A stretch of DNA of 59,284 nt from Planctomycetota bacterium (lineage in GTDB: Bacteria; Planctomycetota; SZUA-567; H5-PLA8): assembly GCA_045863855.1 (NCBI GenBank), contig BTVV01000031.1, forward strand, positions 1 through 59,284, in the 5' to 3' direction. The notes beneath the pieces are model-generated. The model saw only the letters and a list, made by a program, of their open reading frames with translations. It had not been told where the DNA came from and searched no databases. Of the stretch, positions 1 to 8,932 are shown in pieces. The position numbers and the translations under genes were made by a program. The stretch's first letter is position 1, and each line of letters opens with the position of its first letter.

Positions 1-41
1 GCGTAAGGGCGTTTTGATTCGCGCGGGGCGCGGGCATTAGG

Positions 42-270
42 TTCACCTCCCCTACTCCGCCTTCGCTGCGCTTCCGCCTTCGCTGCGCTATGGCGCGACA
101 AGCTGGCGCGACAAGCTGGCGCGACAAGCCGGCGCGACAAGCCCTCCTTGGCAAGGAGGGGAATTACAACCGCCCTCATCCCCGGCCCTTCTCCCAGGGG
201 AAGAAGGGGGCGGGCGCGAGTCCCGGCGATGAATCGCCGGGCTATTTTCATCGCGTCCCGCTGGGACGCG
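42..270. repeat. Cluster of REP-like hairpins with nested tandem repeats
   Basis: TCCGCCTTCGCTGCGCT x2 (56-72, 73-89); (T/C)GGCGCGACAAGC x4 (91-142); hairpins CCCTCCTTG-G-CAAGGAGGG (142-160), CCCGGCGAT-GA-ATCGCCGGG (222-241), CGCGTCCC-GCT-GGGACGCG (252-270). Confidence 0.85.
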
Positions 271-277
271 GAGAGCG

Positions 278-1108
278 TCACAGTTCGGCGATGAGGCGTT
301 CGACGAGGCGGGTGACGTGGGGTTCGGCGGCGTTGGCGGTGGCGATGATCGATTTAATGTCGGCGGGTTCGAGGGCGTCGGGGAGGCACAAATCGGTCAC
401 GATGCTGGCGCCGAAGACTTTAAGTCCGGCATGGACGGCGACGATGGTCTCCGGCACGGTGCTCATGCCGACGACGTCGGCGCCCATGGCCTGGAGCATG
501 CGGTATTCGGCGCGGGTCTCGAGGCACGGTCCGGTGACGGCGACGTAGACGGCGCGGTGCGCGCGGATGCCTTCTTGCGTGCAGATGGATTCGGCTCGCG
601 CGAGAAGTTCGGGATCGTACGGGCGGCTCATGTCGGGAAAGCGCGGTCCGAGGCGTTCGTCGTTGGGTCCGACGAGGGGGTTGACGCCCATCAGGTTGAT
701 GTGATCGTCGAGGAGTACGACGTCGCCTTTGCGGTGGAACTTGTTCATGCCGCCGCAGGCGCCGGAAAGAAAGAGGTACTCCGCGCCCAGCGCCTTGGCG
801 ACGCGCACGGGGAGCGTGACTTGTTCGAGCGTCCAGCCTTCGTAGAGATGAAAGCGCCCGCTGAAGGCGACGACGGGGACGCCGCCGAGGGTTCCGGCGA
901 CGACTTCGCCGGCGTGGCTGGCCACGGTGCTGTGCGGAAAGTGGGGCACGTCGGCGTAGGCGAGGGTTTTGCGCTGGGCGAGTTTGCCGGCCAGCCCGCC
1001 GAGGCCGGTGCCGAGGACGATGGCGGCTTTGGGCGGCTGGGGAAAGAGCGCGGCGCGGATCGCGGCGGCGGCGGCGTGGATGCGGTCGTGGAGGCTGAGG
1101 GTGGACAT
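278..1108 (-). CDS. punA: Purine-nucleoside phosphorylase (trimeric PNP family)
   Basis: IVLGTGLG, STVASHAG, GRFHLYEG, GPNDERLGPRFPDMS, GPxLETRAE and GADVVGMSTVPE motifs. Confidence 0.95.
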   Translation of the reverse strand: MSTLSLHDRIHAAAAAIRAALFPQPPKAAIVLGTGLGGLAGKLAQRKTLAYADVPHFPHSTVASHAGEVVAGTLGGVPVVAFSGRFHLYEGWTLEQVTLPVRVAKALGAEYLFLSGACGGMNKFHRKGDVVLLDDHINLMGVNPLVGPNDERLGPRFPDMSRPYDPELLARAESICTQEGIRAHRAVYVAVTGPCLETRAEYRMLQAMGADVVGMSTVPETIVAVHAGLKVFGASIVTDLCLPDALEPADIKSIIATANAAEPHVTRLVERLIAEL

Positions 1109-1218
1109 GGGGGTTCCTTAAAAGATCGGAGGCCGTGGGGCAAGCGTAATCGGTAAACGGTGAACGGTAAACAGAGGGCTGGATTCCGGTTCAGGGCAAA
1201 GGGCAGGGACGGTTCCTT

Positions 1219-1235
1219 GCGGGCGGGACGCCCGC
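1219..1235. repeat. REP-like hairpin
   Basis: GCGGGCG-GGA-CGCCCGC perfect stem in an intergenic region. Confidence 0.55.
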
Positions 1236-1322
1236 GATACCGGGGGCTTATTCCCTGCGGACGGGGCTGCGGGAGACGTTGCGGCGGTTGGACTTCCGGG
1301 GCGGTCGGGGTATACCTCCCGA

Positions 1323-2459
1323 ATGCCGGAACTCAGGCCCCTCTCGACTCTTCACGTCAGCACCGCGAAGACGTGGCGCGGCGGCGAGAATCAACTCTAC
1401 CTTTTAGCCAAGGGCTTGGCGGCGCGCGGGCAGCGGGTGCTGATCGTGGCTCCGCCGGACGCGCCCTTGCACGCTCGCGCGGCCGAAGCGGGTCTGGCGA
1501 CGCGCGCGATGAAACTCGGCGGCGGCTTGAACCCGGCAGGCTTATGGCGCTTGACGAAGCTGCTGCGCGAGGTGCGCCCGGAAATCTTGCATCTCCATGA
1601 CAGTCATGCGCTTACGCCGGGGCAACTGGCGGGCCGGATGCTCCCGCGGGAGGCTTGCGCGGTGCTGGCGCACCGTCGGACGGCATTTAAAATCCGGGGG
1701 CGCTGGAAGTACGCGGGGCGCGTGGACCGGGTGGTGGCGATCAGCGCGGCGGTGCGCGCGGAGCTGCTCGAGGCGGGACTTGCAGCTCCTTCCGTGAACG
1801 TGATTTACAGCGGCTTAGAGCTTCCGGAGCCGCTGGCTCGAGAAGCTCCGGAGGCCGTGGCGTTACGGGCGGAGCTGGGCGTTCCGGCGGGCGCGTTTCT
1901 GGTGGCTCACGCGGCGGCGTTGACCTCGGAAAAGCGGCAGGCGGACTTAATCGCGGCGGTGGCGTTGGCCGAAGAGCGGGTGAAGGCGGCTGGGGGCGCG
2001 GCGTCCAGCGAGATACACTTGGCTCTGGCCGGCAGCGGGGAACTGGAAGGCGCGTTGGGGGCGCTGATTTCCGAGCGTAACTTGAGGAAGCGAGTACACT
2101 TGCTGGGCTTTCGCCGGGACCTGCGCGGGCTTTGGGCGGCGGCGGACGCGGCGGCTTTCGTAAGCGAGGCCGAGGGCTTGTGCACGGCGCTGATCGAGGC
2201 GCAAGGCGCGGGCTTGGCGGCGGTGATCACGCGGGCCGGCGGGATGGTGGAAGTGGTGGAAAACGAGCGGACGGGGCTCACAACCGAAGTGGGCGACGTG
2301 GCCGGGATCGCGGGGGCGTTGGCGCGGCTGGCGGGGGACGCGTCGCAGCGGGCTCGGATGGGCCGCGCCGCGTCGGAGCGCGCGCGGCGGCTGTTCAGTT
2401 CGGAAGCGATGGTGGACGGGACGCTCGCGCTGTACCGCGAGCTTCGAGGAGTGCGCTGA
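1323..2459 (+). CDS. Glycosyltransferase family 4
   Basis: WRGGENQ N-terminal motif, EKRQ, and EGLCTALIEA (E-x7-E) GT-B motif. Confidence 0.92.
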   Translation: MPELRPLSTLHVSTAKTWRGGENQLYLLAKGLAARGQRVLIVAPPDAPLHARAAEAGLATRAMKLGGGLNPAGLWRLTKLLREVRPEILHLHDSHALTPGQLAGRMLPREACAVLAHRRTAFKIRGRWKYAGRVDRVVAISAAVRAELLEAGLAAPSVNVIYSGLELPEPLAREAPEAVALRAELGVPAGAFLVAHAAALTSEKRQADLIAAVALAEERVKAAGGAASSEIHLALAGSGELEGALGALISERNLRKRVHLLGFRRDLRGLWAAADAAAFVSEAEGLCTALIEAQGAGLAAVITRAGGMVEVVENERTGLTTEVGDVAGIAGALARLAGDASQRARMGRAASERARRLFSSEAMVDGTLALYRELRGVR

Positions 2460-2483
2460 GTCGATGGAACGCCGAACGGCTCC

Positions 2484-3578
2484 GTGGTGACGAAACCGGA
2501 CGCTCCGCGCATCCTGCTGGTGCGCCTCTCGGCCATCGGCGACTGCCTGCACGCGGTGCCGGTGCTGGTGGCGCTGCGGCAGCATTTCCCGCATGCGTTC
2601 ATCGGCTGGGCGATCGAAGGTGCGGCCCACAAGCTTTTGGAAAAGCACCCGCTGGTGGACCGCTTTCATCTCTTTCCCCGGCAGAGCTTCAAACGCAAGG
2701 AAGGGACGATCCTGACGCGGATGGGGCTGCTTTCGGCGTTCCGCAAGGAACTGCGCGATGAACGCTACGACACGGCGCTGGATCTTCAGGGTCTGACCAA
2801 GAGCGGTCTGGTGAGCTGGTGGAGCGGCGCGAAGCAAAGGATCGCGTTCCGGGGCGAAGAGAGCCGCGAGCTGAACACGATCTTCGCGACGCGGCGGATC
2901 CGTATCCCCGAGACGGCGACGCACGTGGTCGAGAAGAACCTGGAGCTGATCCGTCCGCTGGGCGCGGAACCTCCGGTGCGTCCGGAATGGGTGATGCCGG
3001 ACTACGGTCCTGAATCGGCGTCGCTGGAAGGCTGGCTGAAAGCGCAGGGCTTGGGGAAATTCGGGACGCCGTTCGTGCTGGTGAATCCGGGTGCGACGTG
3101 GGAAACGAAGCGCTGGGCGCCGGAGAACTTCGGGGCGGTGGCGAACGGGCTGGCGCGTCGCGGAAACCTGGCGGTGGTGGCGACGTGGGCGGACGCGGCG
3201 GAGAAGGCGGCCGCGGAACTGATCGTCAAAGCGGCCGATCACGCGCGGGCGTTCCTGGCGCCGGCGACAAACCTGCGCGAACTGGCGGCGCTCACGGCGG
3301 GCGCGGCCCTGTTCGTGGGGAACGATACGGGCCCGATGCATCTGGCGGTGGCGCTGGGGGTGAAGTGCGTGGCGGTTTTCGGGGCGAGCGATCCGCTGCG
3401 TAACGGCCCGTACGGGCGCGGCAACCGCATCCTCGCGGCGGGTCCGGAATGCCAGCCGTGCTGGAAGACGACGTGCAAGCGCGGCGATCTGGCGTGCCTG
3501 ACGCGGGTCTCGCCCGAGCAGGTGCTGCGCGCGAGCGACGAACTGCTGGCTCAGGGCAGCGGAGCGGCCGCATGCTGA
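2484..3578 (+). CDS. LPS heptosyltransferase, GT9 family (WaaC/WaaF-like)
   Basis: ILLVRLSAIGD, DLQGLTKS, NPGATWETKRW, GNDTGPMHLA, and C-terminal CQPC..C..C motif. Confidence 0.93.
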   Translation: MVTKPDAPRILLVRLSAIGDCLHAVPVLVALRQHFPHAFIGWAIEGAAHKLLEKHPLVDRFHLFPRQSFKRKEGTILTRMGLLSAFRKELRDERYDTALDLQGLTKSGLVSWWSGAKQRIAFRGEESRELNTIFATRRIRIPETATHVVEKNLELIRPLGAEPPVRPEWVMPDYGPESASLEGWLKAQGLGKFGTPFVLVNPGATWETKRWAPENFGAVANGLARRGNLAVVATWADAAEKAAAELIVKAADHARAFLAPATNLRELAALTAGAALFVGNDTGPMHLAVALGVKCVAVFGASDPLRNGPYGRGNRILAAGPECQPCWKTTCKRGDLACLTRVSPEQVLRASDELLAQGSGAAAC

Positions 3579-6217
3579 AGTTTCTCCGCGCCACGGTTCT
3601 GTACCGCTACATCCTGCGCGAGTACCTCAAGGGGCTCGTCCTGGCGCTCTCGGTCTGTTCGCTGATCTTCCTGCTGGCGGTCTTCGTGAAGAGCGCGACG
3701 GAGCTGGAAGAGTTCGGGATCACGCTGGGCCAGGTGGCGCTGCTGGCGCCGTACCTGATGCCGCACGCGCTTTCGCACGCGCTGCCGCTCTCGGCGATGA
3801 TCGCGGCGATCCTGGTCTTCGGGCGGCTGGCGGCGGAGAACGAGATCCAGGCGGCTCAAAGCGGCGGGGCCTCGGTGCTGCTGCTGGCCGTCCCGGCGCT
3901 GTTCACGGGCTTCCTGGTATCGCTGGCGGCGGTGGTCTGCCTCGAATGGGGCGTGGACTGGGGCTTCGGGACGCTGCGCACGGAGATCTTGACGCTGCGC
4001 AACCCGGACTTGCAGAGCAAGCTGAAGCAGCCGGGCCAGACGCTGACGATCCACACCGGCGCGAGCGGCTCGTGGTTCATCAACATGCTCGAACACCGCC
4101 CCGGCGAGCAGACGGCGCCGGCGGACCCCTCGAGCGTGGGCCGTCCGATCCACATCACGCATTTCGGGAAGCGCCGGGAGAGCCTGTACGCGGGCGACTA
4201 CCGTCCGGAGATGCTTCCATCGGTGGACGAGTCCGATCCTCAGGCGCTGCGCCTGGCGTTGTCGCTCTTCGACGGGCAGTCGCAGGGCGGCGGCAGCGGG
4301 CAGGCGCCGCTGACCTACCGCGAGTTCAAACAGCTCGATTTGGTGATGACGATTCCGGGCATGTCGGAGGAAGGGCTGAAGATCGGGCGCACGCGCGGGA
4401 CGGTGAGCATCATGCGCAACTGGTACGAAGCGCAGGCGCTGGAGAAAGGCATCGCACGCTGCCGCGACGACCTTCTGATGCGCGGCGGCGAACTGGCGGC
4501 GCGGATGCAGACGGGATCGCCGGCGGATCCGGGTCAGACGGTCTTCGCGGCGTACGACTGGATGGAGACGCAGTCGGCGGGAAACTGGATCGCCGGGACG
4601 CGGGACAAGATCATCCGCGAGCTGGTGGAATTCCACCGCAAGCTGGCGCTGGCGTGGATGCCGCTGAGCCTGGTTTTCCTTGGCGTGGGGCTGGGTCTGC
4701 TGGTGCGCAAGAGCCACCGGCTGGTGGGCTTCAGCCTGGGTATCCTGGCGTACGTGCTGGTCTATTACCCCTTGATGGTGGTGAGCAAGGAACTGGCGAT
4801 TTCGCGGATCGTGCCGCCGGGCTTCCTTTGGACGCCGAATATCCTGCTGGCGCTGGCGGGGCTGCTGCTTTGGCGCGGGCACGAACGGGGGTACTTCGGC
4901 GGCGGGGTTCCGGGGTGGATGCGGCCGGGCTGGCTGCTGGCGGCCGGACGCGGGGTGCGGCGCGCGGGGCTGGCGGCTTGGGAACCGTTGCGCGGCGCGG
5001 GCGCGGCCTGGCTGCTCCCGTTCCTGCGGCGCGCCGACCGGCATGTGGCGACCACCTTTCTGGCGCCGTTCCTGACGGTGATGATCGCGGTGGGCGGGCT
5101 GTATGTGGCGCTGGACCTGGTGGAGCACGGCAGCGAGGTGGTGAAGAGCGTCTCGCTGGCCGACCAGCCGCTGCCGGGCCTGGAAACGCGCAGCGTGCCG
5201 GAAGCGCTGGTGGATCTGGTGGTGTATTACACGATCCGCGCGCTGGGCATGATCATCACGCTCCTGCCGGTCCTGCTCCTGATCGCCGGGGTGCTGGCCG
5301 TGACGATCATGGTCCGCAACAACGAGCACCTGATCTTCAAATCCTCGGGCACGCGGTTGCAGCGCGCGTTCCGCCCGATCCTGCTTGCCGCGATGCTGCT
5401 TTCGGTGGGCCTGACGGTATTACGCGAAGTGGCGTGGCCGCGGCTGGTGATGGAGATGGACCGCCTGAAGCCGCTGGTCTACCACCGCTCGCCCAAAGGC
5501 GCGTCCCTGGCGGGTCAGACGCGCGACGAGCAAGACCGGCCGGTGATCTACGAACTGGATCTGTACGGCCGCAACAGCAAGACGATCGAAGGCGTGCGCT
5601 TCTTCCTGCTGAACGAAGCGGTCAACGGGCGCACGCCGGTCCTGCAGGCCGACCGCGCGGTGTGGGACCACGGCCAGGAATGCTGGCTTCTGCAAACCGA
5701 GGACCCGCAGGGCAAGATCGAAGCGCTGAGCCTGCGCGGCAAGACGCTGCGCTACCGCCCGGGCGGCAAACTCCTGACGCCGGTGCCGAAGGCCGGCCCC
5801 GACGGACGGACGCGCTTCAGCCTGGAGGTGACGGAAGTGGAACGCTTCGGTGGGCTGATGACGCCGGCGTTTTTGGACAGCGAGAAGTACGGCCCCTCGG
5901 TGATGAACTTTTTCGAACTGAACGCGTTGCGCTACAAGCCGGAATACCGCAGCGAGATGTGGCGGCGACTCTTCGATTTCCTGACCGGATTCGTGCTGCT
6001 GCTGCTGGCGATCCCGCCGCTGGTGCGCCAGGAGGTTTCCAGCCCGCTGGTGGGCATCTCGAAATGCATCGCGTTCGGCGTGGCGTATATCGGGCTGAAC
6101 ATGGGCGTGGCGGAGCTGGCGCGCGTGGGGATTTTCTTCGCCGCGGCGCCGGTGCTGCCGCACTTGATCTTCAGCGGGCTGGGCGTGTGGCGGTATTACT
6201 ACAAGATGGAGACGTAG
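3572..6217 (+). CDS. Fused LptF-LptG LPS export permease
   Basis: Two YjgP/YjgQ-type halves (LYRYILREY..GRLAAENEIQA..EFHRKLA; ADRHVA..RNNEHLIFKSSG..EMWRRL). Start moved to ATG 3572, overlapping the GT9 end. Confidence 0.85.
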   Translation: MLKFLRATVLYRYILREYLKGLVLALSVCSLIFLLAVFVKSATELEEFGITLGQVALLAPYLMPHALSHALPLSAMIAAILVFGRLAAENEIQAAQSGGASVLLLAVPALFTGFLVSLAAVVCLEWGVDWGFGTLRTEILTLRNPDLQSKLKQPGQTLTIHTGASGSWFINMLEHRPGEQTAPADPSSVGRPIHITHFGKRRESLYAGDYRPEMLPSVDESDPQALRLALSLFDGQSQGGGSGQAPLTYREFKQLDLVMTIPGMSEEGLKIGRTRGTVSIMRNWYEAQALEKGIARCRDDLLMRGGELAARMQTGSPADPGQTVFAAYDWMETQSAGNWIAGTRDKIIRELVEFHRKLALAWMPLSLVFLGVGLGLLVRKSHRLVGFSLGILAYVLVYYPLMVVSKELAISRIVPPGFLWTPNILLALAGLLLWRGHERGYFGGGVPGWMRPGWLLAAGRGVRRAGLAAWEPLRGAGAAWLLPFLRRADRHVATTFLAPFLTVMIAVGGLYVALDLVEHGSEVVKSVSLADQPLPGLETRSVPEALVDLVVYYTIRALGMIITLLPVLLLIAGVLAVTIMVRNNEHLIFKSSGTRLQRAFRPILLAAMLLSVGLTVLREVAWPRLVMEMDRLKPLVYHRSPKGASLAGQTRDEQDRPVIYELDLYGRNSKTIEGVRFFLLNEAVNGRTPVLQADRAVWDHGQECWLLQTEDPQGKIEALSLRGKTLRYRPGGKLLTPVPKAGPDGRTRFSLEVTEVERFGGLMTPAFLDSEKYGPSVMNFFELNALRYKPEYRSEMWRRLFDFLTGFVLLLLAIPPLVRQEVSSPLVGISKCIAFGVAYIGLNMGVAELARVGIFFAAAPVLPHLIFSGLGVWRYYYKMET

Positions 6218-6407
6218 GGCTGGTGTTCTGTTTCCAGTTGCCCGTTAACGGCATAGACCCGTTACGGGCAAAGGGCGGGATGTGGGTTCTGCTGAACGGT
6301 ATGAAGTTGAGTAGCGTCCCTCGTCTTGCTCCGTGCCAGCGACGGAAACGGGAAGGTTCGGTGACGCGGTTTGCGCGCGTGGCATGCGTGCCGGGAGCGC
6401 TTCTCTC

Positions 6408-8093
6408 ATGGACCGATTGGATGCTCAAAGCGTAGCGAATTTACTCGACGAGCTGGGGCGGCGGCTTGAGCTGACCGGCGAATCGAGCTTCAAGGTTCGG
6501 GCGTACCACAACGGGGCGGAGGCGCTGCGCGCGCTGGATGTGCCGCTGGCGGACTTGATCGCGAACCGGCGGCTGGAAAGCTTGCCCGGCGTCGGCAAGG
6601 CGCTCTCCGAAAAGATCCAATCGTTCCACAAGACCGGCACGCACTTGATGCTGGAGCGGTTGCGCTCCGAGGTGCCCGACGGGCTTCTGGAACTCTTCGC
6701 GCTGCCGGGTCTGGGCGCGAAGAAAGTGCTGGCGCTGCGCGACGCGGGCATCGTGGGGCTCGACGCGCTGGAAGCGGCGATCGACGACGGGCGCGTGGCG
6801 GGGCTGAAGGGGTTCGGCCCGAAGCTGGCGGCGAGCTTGAAGGCGGCGCTGCCGTTCGCGCGTGGCGCTCAGGGCAGACGGCGGATGCCCGAGGCCGACG
6901 CGGCGCTGGCTCAGGCGCTGGAAAAAATACGTTCTTGGCCGGGCGTGGAGCGCGCGGAGGCGGCGGGCGAGGCGCGGCGGCGCTGCGAGAGCGTGGGTAC
7001 GCTGGAGGCGGCGGCCGCGACGACCGATCCGGCGGCGCTGGCGGAGCGCGCACGGGCATTGAGCGGCGTGCGCGTGATCGCGGCGGATCCGAAGCGGTTT
7101 GGCGCGGCGCTGGTCTGCGCGTCGAGCGCGCCGGCGCATCTGGAGGGTCTGCGGCGGCGCGCGGCGAAATTCGGGATCACGCTGGGACCGGACGGCGCGC
7201 TGCGCGACGGGAAGCCCTGCCCCACCCCGGACGAAGCGAGCGTCTACGCGCTGCTGGAATTGCCGCCGATCGCGCCGGAACTGCGCGAAGGTCTGGGCGA
7301 GATCGAAGCGGCCGAAGCGGGGAAACTCCCGAAGCTGCTGGAAGAACGCGACCTGAAAGGCATCCTGCACTGCCACAGCACGTATTCGGACGGCACGCAA
7401 AGCGTGGCGCAGATGGCCGAAGCGGCGCGGGCGCTGGGCATGCGCTACTTCGGGATCGCGGATCATTCGCAAAGCGCGCGCTACGCGGGGGGCCTGACGC
7501 CGGAGCGCGTGCTCCAGCAGCATGCCGAAGTCGACGAACTCAACGCCCGCTACGCTTCCGGCGGCGTCGATTTCCGGATTTTCAAAGGCATCGAATCGGA
7601 CATCCGCGAGGACGGTTCGCTGGATTACGACGACGCGCTGCTGGCGCGTTTCGATTTTGTGGTCGCGAGCGTGCACAGCCAGTTTCAGCTCGATCTTGAA
7701 GCGCAGACGAAACGGATCTGCCGCGCGGCGGCGCATCCGGCGTGCACGATCCTGGGGCATCCGACGGGCCGGCTGCTGTTGAAGCGCGAAGGGTACGCGC
7801 TGGATATGGATCGCGTGCTGGCGGCGTGCGCAAAGCACGGCGTGGCGGTGGAGATCAACGCGCATCCGTACCGGCTGGACCTGGACTGGCGCTGGCACCG
7901 CCGTGCGCTGGAACTGGGCGCATGGCTGAGCGTGAATCCGGACGCGCACGAGACCGGCGAATTGCCGATGCGTTACGGGGTGGATATGGCGCGCAAAGGC
8001 GGCGTGAGCGCGGAGCGGGTCTTGAACGCGCTGGACCGCGGCGGGTTGGAGGCGTGGCTGGAGCGGAAGCGCAAGCAGGCTTCGAAGCGGTAA
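6408..8093 (+). CDS. polX: DNA polymerase X / PHP-domain protein with non-canonical polymerase site
   Basis: FKVRAY, HhH motifs LPGVGK and LPGLGAKK, IAPELRE; PHP motifs HCHSTYSDG, DHS, GIESD, GHPTGR, NPDAH. Start at ATG 6408. Confidence 0.92.
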   Translation: MDRLDAQSVANLLDELGRRLELTGESSFKVRAYHNGAEALRALDVPLADLIANRRLESLPGVGKALSEKIQSFHKTGTHLMLERLRSEVPDGLLELFALPGLGAKKVLALRDAGIVGLDALEAAIDDGRVAGLKGFGPKLAASLKAALPFARGAQGRRRMPEADAALAQALEKIRSWPGVERAEAAGEARRRCESVGTLEAAAATTDPAALAERARALSGVRVIAADPKRFGAALVCASSAPAHLEGLRRRAAKFGITLGPDGALRDGKPCPTPDEASVYALLELPPIAPELREGLGEIEAAEAGKLPKLLEERDLKGILHCHSTYSDGTQSVAQMAEAARALGMRYFGIADHSQSARYAGGLTPERVLQQHAEVDELNARYASGGVDFRIFKGIESDIREDGSLDYDDALLARFDFVVASVHSQFQLDLEAQTKRICRAAAHPACTILGHPTGRLLLKREGYALDMDRVLAACAKHGVAVEINAHPYRLDLDWRWHRRALELGAWLSVNPDAHETGELPMRYGVDMARKGGVSAERVLNALDRGGLEAWLERKRKQASKR

Positions 8094-8107
8094 GGAGTCG
8101 ATGAGCG

Positions 8108-8905
8108 ATGGCGCATGCGGAAAACGGCGTTCAATACGAGCGGCTTCGCCCGGCGCAGATCGTCGCCCGGCGCGAGGCTTGCCCGGTGGCCTATCTGCCT
8201 CTGGGCACGCTCGAATGGCACGGCGAGCACAACCCCGTGGGCCTGGATGCGCTGAAGATGCACGCCCTGTTGCTGCGCTGCGCGGAAGCGCACGGCGGAC
8301 TCGTGTTTCCGCCGCTGTATTACGGCGAGAATCGCGAGCAGGCGCTGATGGAAGCGAATCCGGCGCACCGCGAGCCGATCGCGGCAAAGATGGGCTTGCC
8401 GGCTCACCATTTCGCGGCCGGTTACATGATGGAATCGATCGCCGACCAGAATCGCCGATACCACGCGCTGCTCATGCATATCTTCCACCAGATCAAGAGT
8501 CTTGGATTCAAGGTGCTGGTGGTGGGCGGCGGGCACTATCCGTTGCTGGATCATGCGCGCGCGGCGGCGGCGCTGTTTCATCAGGAGCAATCGCGCCCGC
8601 GGATGATCACTTGGGCCATGACCGGCTACGAACTGGTGCGCGGGCAATTTCAACCGTGCGGGGACCACGCCGGCAAGTGGGAAACATCGCTGCAGATGTA
8701 CCTGGACCCGGGCCTGGTGGATTTGTCGGTATTGCCGGCCGATCCCAAACAGGAATTGGTGGGCGCCTCCAACAACGGCGTACAGGAATCGAGCGCGGCC
8801 TTCGGGAAGCAGGCGGCGGACGCGATCGTCCGCGCGGTCGGCGAACGCGTGCGGGACTTCCTGGCGAATAACTCGAAATACCAGGTTCACGGCTCGCCGA
8901 TGTAA
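8108..8905 (+). CDS. Creatininase family protein
   Basis: PLGTLEWHGEHNPVGLD, GGGH and GDHAGKWETS motifs; AAGGAG upstream. Confidence 0.9.
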   Translation: MAHAENGVQYERLRPAQIVARREACPVAYLPLGTLEWHGEHNPVGLDALKMHALLLRCAEAHGGLVFPPLYYGENREQALMEANPAHREPIAAKMGLPAHHFAAGYMMESIADQNRRYHALLMHIFHQIKSLGFKVLVVGGGHYPLLDHARAAAALFHQEQSRPRMITWAMTGYELVRGQFQPCGDHAGKWETSLQMYLDPGLVDLSVLPADPKQELVGASNNGVQESSAAFGKQAADAIVRAVGERVRDFLANNSKYQVHGSPM

Positions 8906-8932
8906 AACCGCACCGCCGCGAACCCTCGCGCG

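Noticed and set aside
56..142. Possible CRISPR array
   Set aside because: Repeats are directly tandem with no unique spacers, and there are no cas genes.
90..548. 152-aa ORF starting in the repeat cluster
   Set aside because: It is a translation of REP repeats plus antisense punA.
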